A DNA stretch of 64,000 nt from Acidobacteriota bacterium (GCA_963663035.1 OY760074.1:1024001-1088000); one strand, 5' to 3'. Numbered from the stretch's first letter, positions 37,697-48,210 are shown. The notes: generated by a model from the letters alone, not told the origin. A program made the numbers and translations.

Positions 37697-40057
37697 TTAG
37701 GGCTCCAGCTTCATGCGCCTCAACAGCTCAGTGAAGCGAGGGTCGGCACGAAGGGGGTCATATTCAAAATCTGAAGATCGAAGCCAAAAGTTCTCGAATT
37801 CAGGCCATTCAAGAACTTGGTTTAGCCAATCAAAGGCCTGATTAAACTCGCCCAGGGCGGCATAAACTTTAGCCGTTTCACTGCGCCGAAGGAAAGACGC
37901 TTGGGCTCTTTCAAGTACTTCCAGGGCTTCACTCTTTCTTTCGGTTACCGCATATAAATACGCAATGGAGTAGAAAGCCTCAATTTCCTCAAACTTGGCC
38001 AAGGCGTCCTCATAGAGCCCCTTTTTTAAAAAAGCTCTCCCGAGCTCGACATGGGCAGCTCGAAAATCCGGCTGCAACTCCACGCTTTCCCTGAATTGCT
38101 GGATGGCAAGGTCGTACTGGCCATTGGTGAGCAAATCTATTCCCAGGTCAAGGCGTATACGAGGCGCCAGCGGATCAAGCACTTGAGCCTGTCGATGCTC
38201 AGCCAGGGACTGCTCGAAGCGTCCCTGTCCTGTCAGGTAGATGCCATAGAAGTGGTGGGCTGATGGATAGTGAGGATTGAGCTCGATGGCACGCAGAAAT
38301 TCGGTCTCTGCAGCAGCCCAGTCGTGGTTGAACAGATCATGGATGAACCCTAGGGAGGCATGAGCCTCAGCCAGGCGATCATCCAACTCTGTGGCCCTTG
38401 TTGCCGCCCTTTCTGCCGCTTCTATGACCTCCACCCCCGTCACATAAGTGTAGGCAGCCTGAAGACTGTAGGAGTCGGCCAATCCTGCGTAAGCCAGGGC
38501 ATAAGCTGGATCCAGGTCAATGGCTTGACTGAAGTAGCTGACGGCTCTCTCTAATCCTTCCCGTGACCTCTGCTTCCAGTAATAGCGACCCCTGAGATAC
38601 AGCTGATAGGCCTCGGTGTTTTCCGTGTATCGTTTGGTGAGTTCCTCGGTCTGCTCTCCTGTCAGTTGAAGCCCCAGGGCATCCGCAATCTCGGTGGCAA
38701 ACTGCTCTTCGATCTCGAGAATGTCTGCTCGGGTTCGGGTGAATCTATCGCCCCAAAGATTCTGGTTGTCTCTGCCGTCCACCAGCTCCACGTAAAGGGC
38801 AATCTGTTCCCCAACCTGCCGTAACTGACCTCTTACAATGCCTTGCACGCCTAGTTCATCTGCTGCGACGTTAAGGTCAACGCCTTCCTGCTTGTATCGC
38901 TCCGAGGTGATGGCGGAGACAACCTTGTCCAGCTGCTCCAATTGTGAGAGTCGATTGAGGGCACCCTGGGCTATTCCCTCGGCGAAGAAGTCCAGTTCGG
39001 GATCACCGGTTTGATTTTCAAAGGGCAGCACGGCAATAGAATCGATAGCCTCCCCTGGTGCAGTGGCGGTGAAGGGCAAGACCAAGGCTAAAAGTAACAG
39101 GACAACGACGACCGCTCCTCCAGCTACCACAGGCCACAAGTAGCTCCTCTGTCTGGCTGGAGTCGCTGCCGGTACGGCTGCGCTGACGGACTCACCTGAG
39201 GTGTCTCTCCTGAGCCGCTTCAGTTCACTTCGCAGGTCTGAGGCTGTCTGGTAGCGAAGCTCGGGATCCTTCTCGAGCGATCTGTTGACAATCTCCTCCA
39301 ACTTGTCAGGCAGTTCCGGATTGAGTCGTACGGGAGCAGTGGGGACTTTGTTGAGAATCTCGTCAAACAGCACTGCGGTTGTCGTCCCTTTGAAGGGCAG
39401 ACTCCCGGTGGCCATCTCGTACAACACCACACCCAGGGAGAATAGATCCGTTCTGTGATCCAGTTCCTCACCTCTGGCCTGCTCTGGCGACATATAAGCC
39501 ACTGTCCCCAGAGCCGTTCCAGGATTGGTGAGAGCCTCCTCCGAAACCTGCGCCGTGGGCATTCTGGAATCCACTCCGGTCTGCTCCTGGGTCAGCTTGG
39601 CCAGACCAAAGTCCAGCACCTTGGCATCACCTCGCTGGGTGATGAAGATGTTGCCAGGCTTGATGTCTCGGTGAACGATGCCCTTGGCGTGAGCAGCATC
39701 CAAGGCATCTGCAATCTGAATCCCCAGATCCAGGATTTCATCAGTTTGCATCGAGCGGCCCTGGATGCGGTGCTTCAGGGTCTGGCCCTCCAGGTACTGC
39801 ATGACGATGAAGGGTTGTCCCTCATGCTCACCGATGTCGTGGATGGCGCAGATGTTGGGGTGATCCAAAGCCGACGCAGCCCTCGCTTCTCTCTGGAAGC
39901 GCTCCAGTGCCTGGCGGTTTTGGGCGAACTTTTCAGGCAGGAATTTCAGGGCCACATTGCGGCCGAGGCGGCTGTCCTCGGCCTTGTAGACGACACCCAT
40001 ACCACCGCCTCCGAGCTTTTCTGTGATCTTGTAGTGAGAGACGGTCTTGCCAATCAT
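37697..40057 (-). CDS. Ser/Thr protein kinase with TM helix, TolB-N-like domain and TPRs
   Basis: [30 protein letters not shown]; SIAVLPFEN; TPR repeats. Confidence 0.95.
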   Translation of the reverse strand: MIGKTVSHYKITEKLGGGGMGVVYKAEDSRLGRNVALKFLPEKFAQNRQALERFQREARAASALDHPNICAIHDIGEHEGQPFIVMQYLEGQTLKHRIQGRSMQTDEILDLGIQIADALDAAHAKGIVHRDIKPGNIFITQRGDAKVLDFGLAKLTQEQTGVDSRMPTAQVSEEALTNPGTALGTVAYMSPEQARGEELDHRTDLFSLGVVLYEMATGSLPFKGTTTAVLFDEILNKVPTAPVRLNPELPDKLEEIVNRSLEKDPELRYQTASDLRSELKRLRRDTSGESVSAAVPAATPARQRSYLWPVVAGGAVVVVLLLLALVLPFTATAPGEAIDSIAVLPFENQTGDPELDFFAEGIAQGALNRLSQLEQLDKVVSAITSERYKQEGVDLNVAADELGVQGIVRGQLRQVGEQIALYVELVDGRDNQNLWGDRFTRTRADILEIEEQFATEIADALGLQLTGEQTEELTKRYTENTEAYQLYLRGRYYWKQRSREGLERAVSYFSQAIDLDPAYALAYAGLADSYSLQAAYTYVTGVEVIEAAERAATRATELDDRLAEAHASLGFIHDLFNHDWAAAETEFLRAIELNPHYPSAHHFYGIYLTGQGRFEQSLAEHRQAQVLDPLAPRIRLDLGIDLLTNGQYDLAIQQFRESVELQPDFRAAHVELGRAFLKKGLYEDALAKFEEIEAFYSIAYLYAVTERKSEALEVLERAQASFLRRSETAKVYAALGEFNQAFDWLNQVLEWPEFENFWLRSSDFEYDPLRADPRFTELLRRMKLEP

Positions 40058-40166
40058 CGTTTGACTCCCCCTCAAAGCGGGCGTGACTTGGCCTAGATGT
40101 TAAGTCTTAAGGGGAAGGAAGGCAATAGGAAGAGAGCAGTCAGGAGGTAGGAGTCAGAAGATAGGA

Positions 40167-40257
40167 GGCCCGCAGGCTAAAGCCTGCGGCTCTGACGGAG
40201 CTGATAAGGCTCAAACAGAGCCGTGGGCTTCAAGCTAGCCTGTTCAGTCCACGGGCC
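40167..40257. repeat. Family B REP doublet
   Basis: GGCCCGCAGGCTAAAGCCTGCGGCTCTGAC-spacer-CAGAGCCGTGGGC...CCACGGGCC. Confidence 0.88.
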
Positions 40258-40280
40258 TATTTCCTAAGATCCTGCCCCTG

Positions 40281-42047
40281 TTACCGAGAACTCATGGCCG
40301 GCTCGGACGGAGTCTTGCCGATATCGGACTCTTGCGCCGTCCTGACGTAATAGCTCTCACCCATCGTGCTCAGCAGGTTCTCCTTGACCAGGTCGGAGGT
40401 GACCTGAGTGACACAGTCCACATAGCTCTGGTGTGTGAATTCCTCTCCGGGAGCAAGAGCTCCGTAGCGTTCACCCTCACGCCACCTTCGCTGCCAGGCC
40501 TGTTTGATGCTCTCTCTGGTGTCGCGAACCCCGTTTTTGTTCATGTCCACCAGGTATCCTCGGCGATCGACAGGTTCCAGCCATGCAGGGTCGTATCCGG
40601 CAGGAAGCTCGAACACGTCCGCGTTAATCGACAGCCGCGACTGCTCCATGTAGGTGACAAAGGTTGTTCGGCCGGGTTGAGGGGCCTCCTGGGAGTACTC
40701 GATATAGATCCCGGTGGGGCAGGCCATCTCAGGAAGCTGCACGGCAGGATGATCTCCCAGAAACTGGGCATCGGAACGTGTGGGACTCGGTTCGACTCCC
40801 TCTTCGACCCAGCGATCCAGCGTCTCAATAAGGGCATCGAACAGTCCGCTCATATCGAGATTGCCCGGCGCTCCCGAGTCGCTATGGCTGACGCCGGCAA
40901 CTTCATAGGTACGGCTCCTGGCGTCAAGTCCCTTTTCCTTTAATAAACGCGCGTTCTCGCGTTTGACAAACAGGTACTCGCCCTGCACGTGATCGGCCCC
41001 GGTATAGGCCTGGTGGGCGATATCAATCTGGTAAGCAAAGGACTGTCTGTAGGCGTCATCCACAATCAGGGTGTCTTCTTTCTGGGGCTCCAGAGCAAAA
41101 ATGCCTGGGCCCATATCCACCCGGTTGAAGCGAACCACCGGCCAGTACCAGCCGCCTCCGGCATCATTGATCAGCATGCCGTCGTACATCGGATTTCCCT
41201 GGTGGTCCAGATTGGCTCCCGGCTTGTAATTAGTGATCCGGCCGAGGGCGGCTCCTCCCGATTTGCCGTACCAGTAAGTCCGTTCCGGCCGGCGGCCCAG
41301 ACGATCCTCGACGATATTCTTGGCAATTTCGGTCCAGTCGATCAGCAATCCCACGTGATAACCAAAGGTTTTGTCTCGAAGTATGGTCCCGTCGTCCAGC
41401 CGGACCTCCTCGTCTCTTGTTCTGGGATTATCGGGATTGGGAGGCCGAGTGCCACAGCAGGCAGGCCGCCGAGTATAGGCCACGGCATACCCGTCATCGA
41501 TCATGGGTCCTGCGTAAGAATTAGCCCCCTGCCGCATCGGGTACTGGCCCGGCTCGCGTGGCGGAATTTCACCGATACGCGAATAGTTGCCGGAACCATG
41601 CGAGAGGACGAAGAGCTTTCCATTCCAAGCCTCTGCGGACTGTGGGAGAAAGAGGGTCATGCCGCTGCCCTTGGCGTCGATATAGTAGCCGATGCCGTGA
41701 TAATAGGGACCCAGGTTGCCTCTTTGGGCCAGGGCAAACTCGGGCGCATCGGTGAACATTTCTTTTCTGGTGCCCTCCTTGGGTGTATAGCCTTCGATCG
41801 TTCCGCTAATGCCGATCTCCAGCCGCCCATAAATATCGCCATTGATACTTCTGACGGAACTCTCCGCCAAGATGGTGCACTTCTGGGGGCCTACGGACGT
41901 GCCCGCGACCTCCTCCAAAGGACCGATAAAGGAGCTGCAGTCATTTGACCGCACCAGTTGGGCCGAAGCAGATCCAATGGAAGCCACTGCCACAACCAGG
42001 ACAACAGCCGAAGCCGCCGTCAGCAGTTTTGCGCCACGAGTTTTCAT
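40281..42047 (-). CDS. Secreted alpha/beta-hydrolase-domain protein
   Basis: Signal peptide; WNGKLFVLSHG, YWYGKSGG nucleophile elbow, YEVAGVSH. Confidence 0.7.
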   Translation of the reverse strand: MKTRGAKLLTAASAVVLVVAVASIGSASAQLVRSNDCSSFIGPLEEVAGTSVGPQKCTILAESSVRSINGDIYGRLEIGISGTIEGYTPKEGTRKEMFTDAPEFALAQRGNLGPYYHGIGYYIDAKGSGMTLFLPQSAEAWNGKLFVLSHGSGNYSRIGEIPPREPGQYPMRQGANSYAGPMIDDGYAVAYTRRPACCGTRPPNPDNPRTRDEEVRLDDGTILRDKTFGYHVGLLIDWTEIAKNIVEDRLGRRPERTYWYGKSGGAALGRITNYKPGANLDHQGNPMYDGMLINDAGGGWYWPVVRFNRVDMGPGIFALEPQKEDTLIVDDAYRQSFAYQIDIAHQAYTGADHVQGEYLFVKRENARLLKEKGLDARSRTYEVAGVSHSDSGAPGNLDMSGLFDALIETLDRWVEEGVEPSPTRSDAQFLGDHPAVQLPEMACPTGIYIEYSQEAPQPGRTTFVTYMEQSRLSINADVFELPAGYDPAWLEPVDRRGYLVDMNKNGVRDTRESIKQAWQRRWREGERYGALAPGEEFTHQSYVDCVTQVTSDLVKENLLSTMGESYYVRTAQESDIGKTPSEPAMSSR

Positions 42048-42155
42048 GATTTTTTCCTCCGCAGGTTTATACGAGTTCTGGATAAAAATTTGAGTCACTC
42101 CTTAGTATCACTTGGCTGGCTGTAAGTCAAGAATAAGCGAGGTGGAAGTAGGGAT

Positions 42156-42234
42156 GGCCCGCAGGCTAAAGCCTGCGGCTCTGACGGAACTGAAGAGGCT
42201 CAAACAGAGCCGTGGGCTTTAGCCCACGGGCCCC
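42156..42234. repeat. Family B REP doublet
   Basis: Close match to 40167-40257; abuts the kinase stop codon. Confidence 0.9.
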
Positions 42235-44610
42235 TTACGGTTCGAGATTCATTCGACGCAGCAGATCCGTGAAGCGAGGGTCGTCGCGGATGGGGTCGAA
42301 CTCAAAATTTGATGATTGGATCCGAAAGCTATCCAGCTCCTCCGGTTCAACGGCCTGGTCGAGCCACTCAAAGGCCTGATCAATCTCTCCCAATCCAACA
42401 TAGACGGCTGCGATTTCGCTGGGCCGGGCATTCGATCCTTCGAGCTCCTCGAGCAACTCGAGGGCTTCCTCTCGTTGATCTGTCACTGCCAGAAAATAGG
42501 CAAGCCGAGCAGCTCCGATAACAAAATCGAGATCCGTGCCCCTTCGAAGACTGGCCAATGCCTCCTGGTGGAGTCCCTTGCGGAAATAGGCTCTTCCAAG
42601 ACTGGCATGGCCGACTGCAAAATTGGGTTGCAACTCCAGCGCGTTGCTGAACTGCTCGATGGCAAGGTCGTACTCTCCTTTTTGAGTCAGTTCGAGTCCC
42701 AAGTCCAAAGTGATGCGAGGCGACAGTGGATCCAGTGCTTGAGCTTCACGAAGCTCAGCCAAGGCCTCGTCGAAATAGGCTTTCGACCTCAAGTACAAAC
42801 CATGGTAATGGTGGGCCGTTGGATAGTTCGGCTTCAGTTGAAGGCCCCGTAGTAACTCTCTTTCTGCAAGCTCCCAGTTGAAACGGAACATTGCCTGAAA
42901 ACCCGTTGAGACATGGGCTTCAGCGAGACTTTCGTCCAGACCCCGGGCGTTGGTGGCGGCTTTCTCCGCCGCTTGCAAGGCCTCCTGGCCAGCCACATGA
43001 CGGTACACACCCTGAAGGAGAAAGGTATCGGCCAGTCCTGCATAGGCCAGGGCATAGTCTGGATCGATCTCAATGGCTTGATTGAAGTGGCCGATGGCTT
43101 GCTCAAATCCTTCCTTCGATCTCTGGTTCCAGTAATAGCGTCCTCTTATAAAGAGTTGATAAGCCTCGACGTTCTCGGTGTAGCGCTTGGTGAGTTCCTC
43201 CCTCTGCTCTCCTGTGAGCTGCAGCCCAAGAACGTCGGCAATCTCAGCTGCGAACTGCTCTTCGATCTCCAGCAGATCAGAACGGGTGCGTATAAACCGC
43301 CCTCCCCATAGACTGCGATTGTTCCTGGCATCAACCAGCTCCACATAAAGGGCAATCTCATCCCCGGTTTGCCGCAGGTAACCCGTTATGATCCCTTGAA
43401 CACCTAACTCCTCTCCTACCATGTCTGGATCAACCCCCTTTTGGCTGAAACGTTCTATGGCTATTCCGGGAACCACCCTCTCCAACTGCTCCAATTGCGA
43501 CAAGCGATGGATGGCACCCTGGGCAATGCCCTCGGCAAGAAAATCCAATTCCGGATCGTCGGTGCGATTTTCAATGGGAAGGACCGCGATGGAGTTGATC
43601 ATTTCCGAGGGCGGAGCCGATGAGAAGAACCAGAACCAGGCCAGAGCCAGAACAACAATGGAAACTATTCCTCCAGCTACGGCTGCCCAGAAGGAACTGC
43701 GCCGTCGCACTGTATTTTCTTCGGGAACCTGGGCACTGGCTGCTGGTCCTTCCGCTATGTCTTTTTGCAGCCTCTTTAGATCAACCATCAACTCTATCGC
43801 CGTCTGGTAGCGAATCTTTCTATCCTTCTCCAGGCACTTGATGATGACAGTCTCTAACTGGTCTGGGAGTTCCGGATTCAGTCTTACAGGGGAGGTGGGG
43901 GCCTTGTTGAGAATTTCATTAAAAACCGCAACAGAGTTGTCACCCGTGAAAGGCAACTTACCCGTTGCCATCTGATACAGCACGACTCCCAGCGAGAAGA
44001 CATCTGTACGGGAATCGAGCAGCTGCCCCAGGGCCTGCTCCGGGGACATATGGCTTACCGTTCCCACAGGTTGCCCTGAATCGGTCGTGAGCTCCGCTGC
44101 TGGCTGGGCTGTAGAACTGTCTGAGTCCACTTCTGGCTCCTCGGTCAGCTTAGCCACACCGAAGTCCAGGATCTTGGCAGGACCTCTCTTGGTGATGAAG
44201 ATATTGGACGGTTTGATGTCGCGATGGATGATTCCTTCCCAATTAGCAGCATCGAGAGCGTCGGCGATCTGAATTCCCAACTCCAGAACTTCATCTGTTT
44301 CGATGGGAGTGCCCGTCAGTCGATCCTTGACTGTCTGGCCCTCCAGAAGCTCCATCACAATAAAAGGCTGACCCTTGTGGTCCCCGACGTCGTAAATGAC
44401 GCAGATATTGGGATGATTCAATGCAGAGGCAGCACGGGCTTCTCTCTGGAACCGCTCCAGCGCTTTTTCATTCTCAGCCAGTTTCTCCGGAAGGAGTTTC
44501 AGGGCGACGTTGCGACCGAGCCTGGTGTCTTTCGCCTTGTAGACCACGCCCATGCCACCGCCACCAAGCTTCTCCAGGATCGTGTAGTGGGAAATGGTTT
44601 GGCCGATCAC
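42235..44610 (-). CDS. Ser/Thr protein kinase with TM helix, TolB-N-like domain and TPRs (paralog of 37697-40057)
   Basis: [26 protein letters not shown]; SIAVLPIEN; TPRs; GTG start. Confidence 0.95.
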   Translation of the reverse strand: MIGQTISHYTILEKLGGGGMGVVYKAKDTRLGRNVALKLLPEKLAENEKALERFQREARAASALNHPNICVIYDVGDHKGQPFIVMELLEGQTVKDRLTGTPIETDEVLELGIQIADALDAANWEGIIHRDIKPSNIFITKRGPAKILDFGVAKLTEEPEVDSDSSTAQPAAELTTDSGQPVGTVSHMSPEQALGQLLDSRTDVFSLGVVLYQMATGKLPFTGDNSVAVFNEILNKAPTSPVRLNPELPDQLETVIIKCLEKDRKIRYQTAIELMVDLKRLQKDIAEGPAASAQVPEENTVRRRSSFWAAVAGGIVSIVVLALAWFWFFSSAPPSEMINSIAVLPIENRTDDPELDFLAEGIAQGAIHRLSQLEQLERVVPGIAIERFSQKGVDPDMVGEELGVQGIITGYLRQTGDEIALYVELVDARNNRSLWGGRFIRTRSDLLEIEEQFAAEIADVLGLQLTGEQREELTKRYTENVEAYQLFIRGRYYWNQRSKEGFEQAIGHFNQAIEIDPDYALAYAGLADTFLLQGVYRHVAGQEALQAAEKAATNARGLDESLAEAHVSTGFQAMFRFNWELAERELLRGLQLKPNYPTAHHYHGLYLRSKAYFDEALAELREAQALDPLSPRITLDLGLELTQKGEYDLAIEQFSNALELQPNFAVGHASLGRAYFRKGLHQEALASLRRGTDLDFVIGAARLAYFLAVTDQREEALELLEELEGSNARPSEIAAVYVGLGEIDQAFEWLDQAVEPEELDSFRIQSSNFEFDPIRDDPRFTDLLRRMNLEP

Positions 44611-44691
44611 TCTTTGACTCCCCCCGCGAAAGTAGGCGGATTTCCTCTATTGTAGCGTCCGCTCTGTGAGCGGACAAATCAAAGTCGAGGT

Positions 44692-44816
44692 GTGCCGCCC
44701 TTACAGGGCTCCAATCAGTTGCTGCGTCCTACCCAGGGCTTACGCCCTGGGCTATTTCATGGCACCCCTTCGGGGCTCCGGAGGTAACCCGTTCGGCACC
44801 TGAGGTGCCTCCCACG
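44692..44816. repeat. Family C half element followed by a family D REP
   Basis: GTGCCGCCCTTACAGGGCTC...CCCAGGGCTTACGCCCTGGGCTATTTC...CCCTTCGGGGCTC, then TTCGGCACCTGAGGTGCCTCCCACG. Confidence 0.85.
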
Positions 44817-44859
44817 TTCTGTTCCCCCGCATTCTGTCCCCCCCATTTCTCTCATTTCA

Positions 44860-45477
44860 CTACCGGCTGTCGGTCGTGCCCAACAGCCGCTCTATAGCAC
44901 TTGGAATGTCGGTGATGATCAGCGTATTGGTCCGGATATCGACGTTGATGCTACCCCTGGGGCTCAGCTGTGACTCCAAAATCGGAAGTATTTCCGTGGC
45001 GGTGGCATAATTCAGACGTCTGCTCACCGTGATGGTCTGCGCAGCCTGAACTTTCGCCTCTTTCAACTGCCGCTGGATTTCCTGCTCCTGTATCAACTTT
45101 GTTTTAGTGGAGATGCGCACCAGAGCACCCTCAATACTCCTGACCAGGCCCTGACTCTGGAGGACCGAATCCAAGAGCTGGTCCCAAGGCACCTGTTCGA
45201 CATTGAGTGTCAGTGATCCGGTGACCTCCGGGTCAATCAAAAAGTTCAGGCCGCTCAACTCCGATAGGGTTCTCAAGAAATCTACCAGAGAGATTCCGAC
45301 CACTTTCAGTGAAACGGGCTCACCTTCGTACTGGCTCTCCTGTACCGCCTGGGGTGAGGGGGTCAGAGAGCTTGCTTCAGGACCGGAGCTTGCTGAGCAA
45401 AGGGGAAGTCCGCACGCGAAAACCAGAGTTACGATCGGCAACAGGATCTTGTCATGGCTGATGGTGGTTCCGACCAT
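44860..45477 (-). CDS. Secretin N-terminal-domain (STN + Secretin_N, PilQ-like) protein without a pore domain
   Basis: YEGEPVSL, LNFLIDPEVTGSLTLNVEQVPWDQLLD, LNYATA, LSPRGSINVDIRTNTLIITD; ends at 205 aa. Confidence 0.8.
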   Translation of the reverse strand: MVGTTISHDKILLPIVTLVFACGLPLCSASSGPEASSLTPSPQAVQESQYEGEPVSLKVVGISLVDFLRTLSELSGLNFLIDPEVTGSLTLNVEQVPWDQLLDSVLQSQGLVRSIEGALVRISTKTKLIQEQEIQRQLKEAKVQAAQTITVSRRLNYATATEILPILESQLSPRGSINVDIRTNTLIITDIPSAIERLLGTTDSR

Positions 45478-45502
45478 ACTTCTGTCTCCCTATTTTACCC
45501 GA

Positions 45503-47287
45503 TTAATCCAAATAGGAATTTCTGACCGGTGGCCGAAGGTAATCCACCTTCTGCATCGGATCCTGATTGGGATTGACGTAGACAAACTTTCCATGGGTCA
45601 TGGTCATCAGGATGGGAATATCTTTGATCTCCAGGGGATCGATAGAGAGGATGTCCCGTCCCAACACCACCAGGTCGGCATATTTTCCTGCCTCTATGGA
45701 ACCTTTGACATCCTCTTCAAAGAAGGTCCAGGCCGATGTGATGGTAATGGCCCGGATGGCCTCTTCCAGTGTCAGTCTTTCTTCCGGTTGAAACACCCTG
45801 CCTGACTTGCGCACCCGGTTCACGGCCGCCCACACGCTGAAGAGGGGACCAACCGGCGACTGATCGCTGCTGAGAATCACCGGAATGCCCGCATCCCGAT
45901 AACTCCCCACGGGCTTGGGGCCCAGATCGGGCCGCTGCTGGTTGATCATGTAGTTTTCTTCCGTGTCATCGGCCAGGTGATACACCGGGCCCGCCTGCAA
46001 GTCGGCAATAATGCCCAGCCGTTTCATGGTCTGGAGGTTTTCACGGGTGGGCTGATTGATGTGTGTAAAGACGTGGCGGGCGTCTTCTCGGGGATAGAGC
46101 CGAAAGGCTTCCTCCAGCGCCTGGACGGCATAATCGAAAGTCTCGGGAGTTCGGATGTGCACGTAAAGCTGCCATCCTTGCCTGTGTCCTTCAATGAGCA
46201 CCTTGGTCGCTTCTTCAGCCGGGACAATGTAGGGCGCAGCCCCGGATTGCCCCTTGTCCAGGCTGAGCTTGAAGGTTCCTACCCGCAGGAAATCGCTTCT
46301 GAAGGGCGGTGCAAAGAGGAGATTATCAATCAGCTCCAGACAGTCCTGGGCCGAGAAGGCGCGCACCGGAATCCGAACCATCAAATTGATGCGTACGGGC
46401 AATCCTTCCTTGCTGTTGGCCAGTCTTTGATAGGCGTGTTGAGCGGGCTGATTTTCGGTGGAGGTCAAGGGATCGGAAAGGCTGGTGATGCCGGTGGGAA
46501 GAATGTCCCTGTGAAGCGCGCGATCGATGTTTTGCTCCAGTTTTTCTGCGGGCCAGACCTTCAACGTCCCCTCCCTCAGGAGGTTGAAGGCGGCAAACCC
46601 GCTTGCCACTCCCGTGAGATCCCCACTCCTGGGATCTATTTCAAACTCGCCGAAAAGTCCTTGCTTGTAGGGCTGGGGGGTATTCCGATTGATTTGGGCA
46701 GCGGCCAGGGCCAGGCTATTGGCGACGTTCACCAGGTCGCCGCCAAAGGCAAGAATGACAGGGTGTTCCTGTGAGACGGGGTCCAGATCGTGGCGCGTGG
46801 GCCAGCGCTGCTCTGCGATCCGTTGAAGGGCAGGCCCGCGGGGAATCCAGACCAGTTCTCCTGGAGGTGTAGCTGCCACTTTCTGGCGGACCACTTCCAC
46901 GATTTCCCCAATGGATCTGGCGTTGCTGAATTCCTGGATCAAGGGCTCAGGAGGTTCACCCACCCGGTGGGCCAGGTGAACGTGGGAGTCGTTAAATCCC
47001 GGTAAAACGGTTTTCCCCTCTAAATCCACCTTTTCTGTTTGGGCTGCGGCCAGTGCCAGGATCTCGCTATCGGAGCCCACCGCTACAAAGCGCCCATCCT
47101 TGATGGCCACTGCCTGGGCCAGGGAGAAATCCCCGTCCACCGTCACGATCCTCCCGTTGTGCAGCACCATGTCGGGTGCCAGAGCCTCTGGAACATCAGA
47201 GGCACATCGGCTGAAGAGGAGTAGTGCAAAAAGCAATGAAAAACGCCTCCCTGTGATTGCGGGTTTCCTGGGACAGAAAGCTCTCAA
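45503..47287 (-). CDS. Amidohydrolase_3 family exported protein
   Basis: PGFNDSHVH, YVH, TH, SSD, KGSIEAGKYADLVVL; TTG 47287 has an AAGGAAGG Shine-Dalgarno. Confidence 0.85.
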   Translation of the reverse strand: MRAFCPRKPAITGRRFSLLFALLLFSRCASDVPEALAPDMVLHNGRIVTVDGDFSLAQAVAIKDGRFVAVGSDSEILALAAAQTEKVDLEGKTVLPGFNDSHVHLAHRVGEPPEPLIQEFSNARSIGEIVEVVRQKVAATPPGELVWIPRGPALQRIAEQRWPTRHDLDPVSQEHPVILAFGGDLVNVANSLALAAAQINRNTPQPYKQGLFGEFEIDPRSGDLTGVASGFAAFNLLREGTLKVWPAEKLEQNIDRALHRDILPTGITSLSDPLTSTENQPAQHAYQRLANSKEGLPVRINLMVRIPVRAFSAQDCLELIDNLLFAPPFRSDFLRVGTFKLSLDKGQSGAAPYIVPAEEATKVLIEGHRQGWQLYVHIRTPETFDYAVQALEEAFRLYPREDARHVFTHINQPTRENLQTMKRLGIIADLQAGPVYHLADDTEENYMINQQRPDLGPKPVGSYRDAGIPVILSSDQSPVGPLFSVWAAVNRVRKSGRVFQPEERLTLEEAIRAITITSAWTFFEEDVKGSIEAGKYADLVVLGRDILSIDPLEIKDIPILMTMTHGKFVYVNPNQDPMQKVDYLRPPVRNSYLD

Positions 47288-47465
47288 CGATACCCTTCCT
47301 TGTCTTCCCCTCAGGGGGGGGTGTGTCTTTCCAAATCTTAGATGGGAAGGGGGCCAAAGGCAAGGGGTGACAGGCAGATGAACAAGAAGATTTTTAGCGT
47401 CCAGGCCTTCAATGTCTAGCTTCTGTTGAGAGCTTGGAGTACCCTGACTGAAAGGGATCTCCTCA

Positions 47466-48119
47466 ATGTGTGGAAGACTTTCAATCGCTACCGGCTCGGA
47501 TATCTTGAGTGTCAGGTTTAACGTCGAGATCACGGAAGATCTGCAGCCCAGGTACAACGCAGCTCCCACTCAATACTTGCCGGTCATCTTGAATGATGAA
47601 CCGAGGACTATCAATCTCTGCAAGTGGGGACTCATTCCCTATTGGGCAAAGGAAGCAAAAATAGGAAGCAGGATGATCAATGCGAGAGCAGAGACATTGC
47701 TGGAGAAACCATCCTTTAGAAATGCTTTCAAGAAGCAGAGATGTCTGGTTTTGGCGGATGGTTTCTATGAATGGAAGAAAACTCCGGATGAAAAGAGACC
47801 CTATCGGATAACTATGAAAAATAATGAGCCCTTTGCCTTGGCTGGCATTTGGGATGCGTGGAGAACTCCCGAGGGTGAGGAACTGAGATCCTTTTCGATC
47901 ATCACCACAGAGCCTAATGATCTGATGAAAGATTTGCATAACAGAATGCCGGCGATATTGGACAAAGAGAATGAGGAGCGATGGCTGCAGGATATCGACC
48001 CTTCTGCTGCCCAGGACATGCTGGAACCCTATCCCGGTGATGATCTTCAGGCCTATCCAATCTCAACCCTGGTCAACAGTCCCAGGAATGATTCTGAGGC
48101 GATCATCACGCCCGTGTAG
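47466..48119 (+). CDS. SOS response-associated peptidase (SRAP/YedK, abasic-site protection)
   Basis: MCGR start, PRYNAAPTQ, WGLIP, INARAET, GFYEW, HNRMP. Confidence 0.95.
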   Translation: MCGRLSIATGSDILSVRFNVEITEDLQPRYNAAPTQYLPVILNDEPRTINLCKWGLIPYWAKEAKIGSRMINARAETLLEKPSFRNAFKKQRCLVLADGFYEWKKTPDEKRPYRITMKNNEPFALAGIWDAWRTPEGEELRSFSIITTEPNDLMKDLHNRMPAILDKENEERWLQDIDPSAAQDMLEPYPGDDLQAYPISTLVNSPRNDSEAIITPV

Positions 48120-48210
48120 GCCCGTGGGCTAAACAGGCTCGCCTGAAGCCCACGGCTCTGATTGAGTTCCGTCAGTTCCGACAGAGCCGCAGGCTTTAGC
48201 CTGCGGGCCC
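48119..48210. repeat. Family B REP doublet (inverted orientation)
   Basis: GGCCCGTGGGC...GCCCACGGCTCTG-spacer-CAGAGCCGCAGGCTTTAGCCTGCGGGCCC; overlaps the SRAP stop codon. Confidence 0.88.

Noticed and set aside
37697-47287. Classical integron cassette array
   Set aside because: No intI, and the repeats lack the RYYYAAC…GTTRRRY attC ends; several genes have their own promoters.
47314-47321. G8 tract as a phase-variation switch
   Set aside because: It lies in a predicted 5' UTR, not in a promoter spacer or coding frame, and is too short to support the claim alone.
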